Origin: Promethearchaeota archaeon
GTDB taxonomy: Archaea > Asgardarchaeota > Lokiarchaeia > Sigyniarchaeales > SOKP01
Direction: 5' to 3'
Length of the DNA: 13,096 nucleotides
Assembly: GCA_048941015.1 (NCBI GenBank)
Contig: JBHLNZ010000079.1
Location: 1 to 13,096 of the forward strand
This document shows positions 8,396 to 13,096 of the stretch, one piece after another. Below the pieces are notes generated by a model. It was not told the origin of the DNA. It was given only the letters and a program-made list of their open reading frames with translations, and searched no databases. Position 1 is the stretch's first letter. The number at the start of each line of letters is the position of its first letter. The translations under genes were made by a program, and so were the position numbers.

Positions 8396-9298
8396 TTATT
8401 CTAATGAATTTATTTGTTTTATCTTGTCTAACTGTGCTTGTCGCTTTGCTAAAATAAATGAACTAATTATAATTAAACTAATGGCTATAATGAAAAATGG
8501 AACTGACAAAAAATTTGGCGGAAGCAATAAAAACACTAAAAAATATACAATTGAGGGAGTAGTTTGAGTAGGGAGATTTTGTATTGGAACTAATTTACTT
8601 GCATCACCAAACCTCAATGCAGCAGCCATTTTAGTTACTCCAAGTAAATTAACCACAACAAGAACTATTGCTGAGATAATAAAGAGGATTAATTCTCCAG
8701 CATTAAACAATCCACTAAAAACTTTAGCAATAGTACCCATCAATATTCCGGTCCAAAAATTCGATAAAGAAAACATAAATCCTGACACTAATGCTAATAA
8801 AATTCCCCTAAATTTTCCGTATTTAGATTGAATAAAATGAAGTATTATCCCCATTAATACTAAAAGTAATGTAAAAATAGTCAATCTACTAATAAATTGA
8901 AATTCTAATAAATTAAATTCAAACAACTCAATTGAAAATTCACTTAATCCAAGTAAAGTGATAGCAATAACTAACATCAGAATTGCAGCAACTTCTGATA
9001 TTGTTAATTTCTCCCCAATAATTTTCACTGAACCAATTGCGAGTACTATCAATCCAGAAGCCATTAAACCTGGAATAATTGCTGGACCAATAAACACTTG
9101 GGCCATCAAGAAAAAAATTGTCCCCAATCCAAAACGAATAAATAAAGCACTTAACCATAATGGACTTCTCACTAAGCTTTGCATTAATTTTGCATCAGGA
9201 TGTAATTTATTTATTATCACTTTTTCAATTAGCATTCCTGAGAAATGTGAAATTCCAGATAATATTGCTAGTAGAACACCTAACCAATAAGCTTCCAT
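8396..9298 (-). CDS. DMT-superfamily multi-pass membrane transporter (NIPA/Mg-transporter-like)
   Basis: About 9 hydrophobic segments in 300 aa. The patterns LAILSG...GMLIEK, LVRSPLW, GPAIIPGL and IIGEKL..E are DMT/NIPA-like. Confidence 0.75.
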   Translation of the reverse strand: MEAYWLGVLLAILSGISHFSGMLIEKVIINKLHPDAKLMQSLVRSPLWLSALFIRFGLGTIFFLMAQVFIGPAIIPGLMASGLIVLAIGSVKIIGEKLTISEVAAILMLVIAITLLGLSEFSIELFEFNLLEFQFISRLTIFTLLLVLMGIILHFIQSKYGKFRGILLALVSGFMFSLSNFWTGILMGTIAKVFSGLFNAGELILFIISAIVLVVVNLLGVTKMAAALRFGDASKLVPIQNLPTQTTPSIVYFLVFLLLPPNFLSVPFFIIAISLIIISSFILAKRQAQLDKIKQINSLE

Positions 9299-9407
9299 TT
9301 ACAACTACAATTTTAATTTAAAATTAAATATAGAATTTAATTTGAAATACTTATAATATTTTTTTATATCTTATTTAAAGACTAAAAAAATAAAAAATGA
9401 AGTAAAT

Positions 9408-9809
9408 TTAAAATCGTTCCCATGCAGTATGAACACCTTTTCCTGTCATTTCAATGACTGGTTTCATTTGATCTAAAGGTGCTAATCCTACTTCTGGAGC
9501 AATTTTCATTATTGATGAATGACTTACGTATACTTTTCCATCTTCCTCATAGACAACAAAACTACAAGGAAATAATAAACCAACATTTTTTGATACATCT
9601 AAAGCTGCTTTTGCATATTGTGGAGCACATGCTAATATTATTGTATATCTGTCGTATTCAATACCTAACTTTTTTTTAAAAATTTCATCAATAGATTTCG
9701 TAAGCATATGACTAAAACCTTCTTCAACAATTATCTTCTCCACGTGGGCAACAGCTGCATTAAACTCCATATTTAATTCTTTTTTAAGTATATCAACCAA
9801 ATTCATCAC
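9408..9809 (-). CDS. DUF302 domain protein
   Basis: F..AV..VE.....EGF, I...FKKKLG, Y.II.AC.P..A..AL......GLLFPC..VVYEEDGKVYVS is the DUF302 signature with two Cys. The start may be the TTG at 9800 given the SD position. Confidence 0.9.
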   Translation of the reverse strand: MMNLVDILKKELNMEFNAAVAHVEKIIVEEGFSHMLTKSIDEIFKKKLGIEYDRYTIILACAPQYAKAALDVSKNVGLLFPCSFVVYEEDGKVYVSHSSIMKIAPEVGLAPLDQMKPVIEMTGKGVHTAWERF

Positions 9810-9812
9810 CTC
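9806..9812 (-). promoter_or_regulatory. Shine-Dalgarno GAGGTGA for DUF302 gene
   Basis: Perfect GAGGTGA 5 nt upstream of the in-frame TTG at 9800. Confidence 0.6.
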
Positions 9813-9840
9813 TTTAGTTTCTTATTAATAACTAATAAAT

Positions 9841-10185
9841 TCATTTTCCAAAATCTTCCAATGCTTTTAATACATAACTTGTGAACATTAATGAGGGTCC
9901 TCCTCCTAAAGTTCCAGCAACCATGCTTGTCTCAATAACTTCTTCTCTTGTAGCTCCTGCTTCTAAAGCACGTTTAACATGCCAAGCAACACAAAATTTG
10001 CATTGTTTAGCAATTGAAAGAGCTACACCGATTAATTCCTTGAATTTCTGGGATAAAGCTCCCGACTTTTTGACTCCTCCCATAAATTCTTGAAATCCTC
10101 TCATAGCTTCGGGATGAATCTTTCCTAAAGTTTGGAGCGTGTTTTGTGCATTCTTTAAAAATTCTAATGCATCATAATCTTCCAT
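9841..10185 (-). CDS. Carboxymuconolactone decarboxylase (CMD)/AhpD-like protein with CxxC
   Basis: GALSQKFKELIGVALSIAKQCKFCVAWHVKRALEAGATREEV.E...VA...GGGP is the classic CMD/AhpD core (E-x-CxxC-xxxH). Confidence 0.93.
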   Translation of the reverse strand: MEDYDALEFLKNAQNTLQTLGKIHPEAMRGFQEFMGGVKKSGALSQKFKELIGVALSIAKQCKFCVAWHVKRALEAGATREEVIETSMVAGTLGGGPSLMFTSYVLKALEDFGK

Positions 10186-10191
10186 TCATTT

Positions 10192-10197
10192 CTCACC
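10192..10197 (-). promoter_or_regulatory. Shine-Dalgarno GGTGAG for CMD gene
   Basis: GGTGAG 6 nt upstream of ATG 10185. Confidence 0.55.
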
Positions 10198-10253
10198 AAA
10201 ATTTTGATTAACTTAATCTAAGTATGAATAAAAAAATAATAAAAATTCTCTTT

Positions 10254-10292
10254 ATGAATTAAAAAGACTAAATAAAAATTCTTTTAATTCAT
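10254..10292. repeat. Inverted repeat (11-bp perfect arms) between MBL-rhodanese and CMD genes
   Basis: ATGAATTAAAA(A)GA ... TCTTTTAATTCAT; 11 bp perfect, 13 bp with one bulge. Confidence 0.55.
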
Positions 10293-10369
10293 TAATTTTT
10301 AAATTTTAATACAGCTTAACCCCATGAAACTTAAACAATCGGACAATAAATTGGTTAAAATTTCCATAT

Positions 10370-11740
10370 TTATTTTATTATCGGATAATTAGCTTTATAC
10401 CAAGCTTTCATACTCCCTAACACATTATATACTTCCTTATACCCATTTCTCTTCAATATACTCGTCGCCATACTCGCTCTTGCGCCATTACCGCACACTG
10501 TTATAATCTTTTTATTTTTTGGAATAGTATTTAGCTTATTCTCAAGTTCGCCTACATAAATATTTATTGCTTGTTCTATATATCCTTCACTCAATTCTGG
10601 AGCACCTCTTACATCAATAAGTAGAAAATCTTGATCCTTATCTAACATTTCTTTTAAAGTATCAGCAGTTATCATGCCTACTGTTTCTGTTGGATAATTA
10701 TTACTGTACCAGGCAATTATTCCACCGACTAAATATCCTTTTATGTTATCATATCCTAATCTTAAGAGGTATTTGTAGGCTTTCTTTAGATCAACAAAAT
10801 TTTCTACAATTAGAAGTATTGGGTTATCATATGGTAAAACCCATCCTACATAAGAAGGTAAACCCTTTAACCAGATATTATATGAGTCTTTTATGTGTGC
10901 AGAGCCAAAAGAAGCAGGATTACGTGTATCTACAACAATCCCCCCTTTTTCAAATTCTTTCTTAAATGTTCCTGGAAGTAAAGGCTTAAATCTAGGTAAA
11001 TTTTTTAATAATGGAGGTCCTTCTAAATTGTATTTCTCCATTTTTTTAAAATAAGGAGAGAAGTAATGATGTTCGCTTAACTTATATTCTATAAACTCCT
11101 TTTTATCCGTTAACTGTAAACTATAGTTCTGTAGTCTCTCTAATCCAATTGTACTTAATTCTCTTTCATTAATTGCCGCTCCACATACAGAACCAGCACC
11201 GTGAGCAGGTAATATCACCGCTTGATCTCCAAGTGGTAAGATCTTATTGAATAAACTATCGTATAAATTGGTTGCATTCTTTTTTGCCAAATCAGCCCCA
11301 TACATATCAATCCTACCAGTATCTCCGACAAAGAGGGCATCTCCAGTAAAAATCATAATCGCTTCTTTACCTGTTGATGTATCATAAACTGCATAACTTG
11401 TACTCTCATCAGTATGTCCGGGTGTATGAATTGCTTTAACTTTTAAAACCCCTAATTTAAATTCTTGTCCATCATTTAATATATTCCCATATTTCCACTC
11501 CAATCCGGGTCCATGATAAATTTCAACATTTACAACATCAGCTATCTCTTTAGATCCAACTACATAATCTTCATTACGATGTGTTTCAAAAACATATTTA
11601 ATATTTGCTTCAGCATCCCATGCTAATTTCAAGAAAACTTTCGCATCTCTTCGTGGATCTATTACACATGCTTCATTTCCAGATGCTAAGAAATATGAAA
11701 TAGATGAAATACCTTCACTTTTAATTTTATGTAAAATCAA
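10370..11740 (-). CDS. MBL-fold hydrolase / tandem rhodanese fusion (CstB-like persulfide dioxygenase-sulfurtransferase architecture)
   Basis: SYFL, VIDPRRD, ETHRNEDY, HTPGHT, FTGDALFVGDTGRID, PAHGAGSVCG. A Cys-less pseudo-rhodanese (VDTR...F...HI..S.NI) and a C-terminal rhodanese (IDVR...CGNGARA..A.SIL...GY..V.NV.GSMKAW) follow. TTG start with AGGATGA 7 nt upstream. Confidence 0.9.
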   Translation of the reverse strand: MILHKIKSEGISSISYFLASGNEACVIDPRRDAKVFLKLAWDAEANIKYVFETHRNEDYVVGSKEIADVVNVEIYHGPGLEWKYGNILNDGQEFKLGVLKVKAIHTPGHTDESTSYAVYDTSTGKEAIMIFTGDALFVGDTGRIDMYGADLAKKNATNLYDSLFNKILPLGDQAVILPAHGAGSVCGAAINERELSTIGLERLQNYSLQLTDKKEFIEYKLSEHHYFSPYFKKMEKYNLEGPPLLKNLPRFKPLLPGTFKKEFEKGGIVVDTRNPASFGSAHIKDSYNIWLKGLPSYVGWVLPYDNPILLIVENFVDLKKAYKYLLRLGYDNIKGYLVGGIIAWYSNNYPTETVGMITADTLKEMLDKDQDFLLIDVRGAPELSEGYIEQAINIYVGELENKLNTIPKNKKIITVCGNGARASMATSILKRNGYKEVYNVLGSMKAWYKANYPIIK

Positions 11741-12019
11741 ATTTTCTTCATCCTAAATATTAATTAAGTATACTATTATGAATTGTTATAATAATATATG
11801 GGCTATAAACCAAAAATAGGAGGAACAATAACGAAATAATAATGAATATCGTTTAAACTGAATTTTGTAAAATTAGCTATGTTAAAAAAGTTTCAAGAAT
11901 GCAAAGAATAATTAGAGATTGGTGATTAAAAGATTCTCTTATTTAATAGAAACTTCTATATGGTTTACATTTTCTTTATTTTTCATAAATTTTAATTAAC
12001 ATTCAATTCTAAAATAATT

Positions 12020-13039
12020 ATGATTCCTTCAATTGAATGGACAGCTAATCGAGTACGTATGATCGACCAAACCAAGTTACCTCATAAACTTGAATTCCTA
12101 GAGTTTACAGATTTCAGAGATTTAGCAAGATCGATTAAAATTATGAATATTAGGGGAGCACCCGCTATTGGAGTAGCAGCTGCGATGGGGATGGCACTTG
12201 CTACACTTGAATATAAACAATTACCCAAAGCTGAATTTTTAAAAATGATGGAACAGGCTGCTAATATCATACGTAATACAAGACCAACCGCTTCTAATTT
12301 ATTTTGGGCTGTAGACAGGATTTGGAAGATTATGAGTACTTATCCAGATAATCCTTCAAATTTATCTGACCTTGTTATTGAAGAAGCTCAAATAATGGCT
12401 CAAGAAGATATTTCTGTTAATAAAAGTATCGGAAAACACGGGGCAGAACTTTTAAATGATGGTGATGTAGTTCTAACTCATTGTAATGCAGGATCATTAG
12501 CTACAGTTCAATATGGTACGGCATTAGCTCCAATTAGAACTGCAATAGAACAAGGAAAAAAAATTAGGGTTATTGCTGACGAAACTCGACCGAGATTACA
12601 AGGGGCAAGGCTTACTGCTTATGAATTGCAATACGATAAAATTCCTGTGAATGTTATTTCTGATACATCCTCAGGTTTATTAATGCGATTAGGAAAAGTC
12701 GATAAGATAATTGTTGGAACAGATAGGGTGACTTCTGATGCTGTTTTTAATAAAATTGGGACCTATTTAGTAGCTTTGGCTGCAAATGATAATAGTATTC
12801 CTTTTTATGTAGCAGCACCTACGTCTACTCTCTCTCTTAATGAAACTATTGATGATGTTACTATTGAACAAAGAGACGCAAGTGAAGTAAGTACAGTATT
12901 AGGTAAAGTCCAAATTGTGCCTGATGGAGTTGAATGTTTAAACTATGCTTTTGATATCACTCCTTTTAGATTAGTTACAGGAATTATAACTGAAGATGGA
13001 GTATTTTCTCCAAAAAAACTTTTAGAGAAATATAAATAA
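12020..13039 (+). CDS. mtnA: S-methyl-5-thioribose-1-phosphate isomerase (MtnA; eIF2B alpha/beta/delta family)
   Basis: IDQTKLP, IRGAPAIG, TRPTASNL, LTHCNAGSLAT..YGTAL (catalytic Cys), ETRPRLQGARLTAYEL, VGTDR (catalytic Asp), NKIGTY, FDITP. Confidence 0.92.
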   Translation: MIPSIEWTANRVRMIDQTKLPHKLEFLEFTDFRDLARSIKIMNIRGAPAIGVAAAMGMALATLEYKQLPKAEFLKMMEQAANIIRNTRPTASNLFWAVDRIWKIMSTYPDNPSNLSDLVIEEAQIMAQEDISVNKSIGKHGAELLNDGDVVLTHCNAGSLATVQYGTALAPIRTAIEQGKKIRVIADETRPRLQGARLTAYELQYDKIPVNVISDTSSGLLMRLGKVDKIIVGTDRVTSDAVFNKIGTYLVALAANDNSIPFYVAAPTSTLSLNETIDDVTIEQRDASEVSTVLGKVQIVPDGVECLNYAFDITPFRLVTGIITEDGVFSPKKLLEKYK

Positions 13040-13056
13040 TTAGTTTAAACGATTAA

Positions 13057-13096
13057 ATGGAATTAGTGGAGTCTAAAAGACGCATATCTTTTATCT
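13057..13096 (+). CDS. Possible start of next gene (MELVESKRRISFI...), truncated by window edge
   Basis: ATG 17 nt after the mtnA stop, open to the window end. Only 13 codons visible. Confidence 0.3.
   Translation, partial: MELVESKRRISFI

Noticed and set aside
8940-9290. ORFs 8940..9158 (-) and 8958..9290 (+)
   Set aside because: Alternative-frame and antisense ORFs within the DMT gene.
6735-9843. Selenocysteine read-through at the TGA stops of the FAD oxidoreductase (6735) and CMD (9841) genes
   Set aside because: Both proteins are already complete. In-frame TAA/TAG follows within a few codons, the TGA is not at a Cys-equivalent position, and no convincing SECIS was seen.
9479-12270. Short ORFs 9479..9679, 9881..10093, 10690..10965 and 12082..12270
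   Set aside because: All are antisense to confidently identified genes and have no independent support.
11848-13053. 12-bp inverted repeat ATCGTTTAAACT / AGTTTAAACGAT flanking mtnA, resembling mobile-element ends
   Set aside because: Short, AT-rich and built on a self-palindromic GTTTAAAC core. There is no transposase or target-site duplication and the cargo is a housekeeping gene, so chance is likely.
1-13096. CRISPR arrays, tRNA/rRNA genes, transposases, integrases
   Set aside because: No regularly spaced repeats, GC-rich structured RNA segments or recombinase motifs seen. Intergenic gaps are all under 300 bp and AT-rich.

Overview
Very AT-rich (roughly 30% GC by eye), gene-dense window from an anaerobic prokaryote. 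It is most likely archaeal, plausibly Asgard/Lokiarchaeia-like; this is inferred from BRE/TATA-like promoters, oligo-T terminators, GGTGA-type ribosome-binding sites and paralogous tungsten AORs. In order, it contains: a 5'-truncated glycyl-radical-enzyme activase with a 2x[4Fe-4S] insert (longer than the ORF track shows), two divergently transcribed aldehyde:ferredoxin oxidoreductase (AOR/WOR) paralogs, an orphan 132-aa protein and a SnoaL-like cyclase. A six-gene minus-strand run follows: a CstB-like MBL-rhodanese fusion with an altered metal motif, a CMD/AhpD CxxC protein, DUF302, a NIPA-like DMT transporter, a divergent GlcD/D-LDH-type FAD oxidoreductase, and DUF1848 with a C-terminal CxxxCxxC. 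The window ends with an MtnA/eIF2B-family isomerase. No RNA genes, CRISPR arrays or mobile elements were seen. The best candidates for an undescribed system are the sulfane-sulfur/redox module (MBL-rhodanese + CMD + DUF302 + transporter) and a possible glycyl-radical-to-AOR aldehyde pathway. Both are inferences from gene neighbourhood only.
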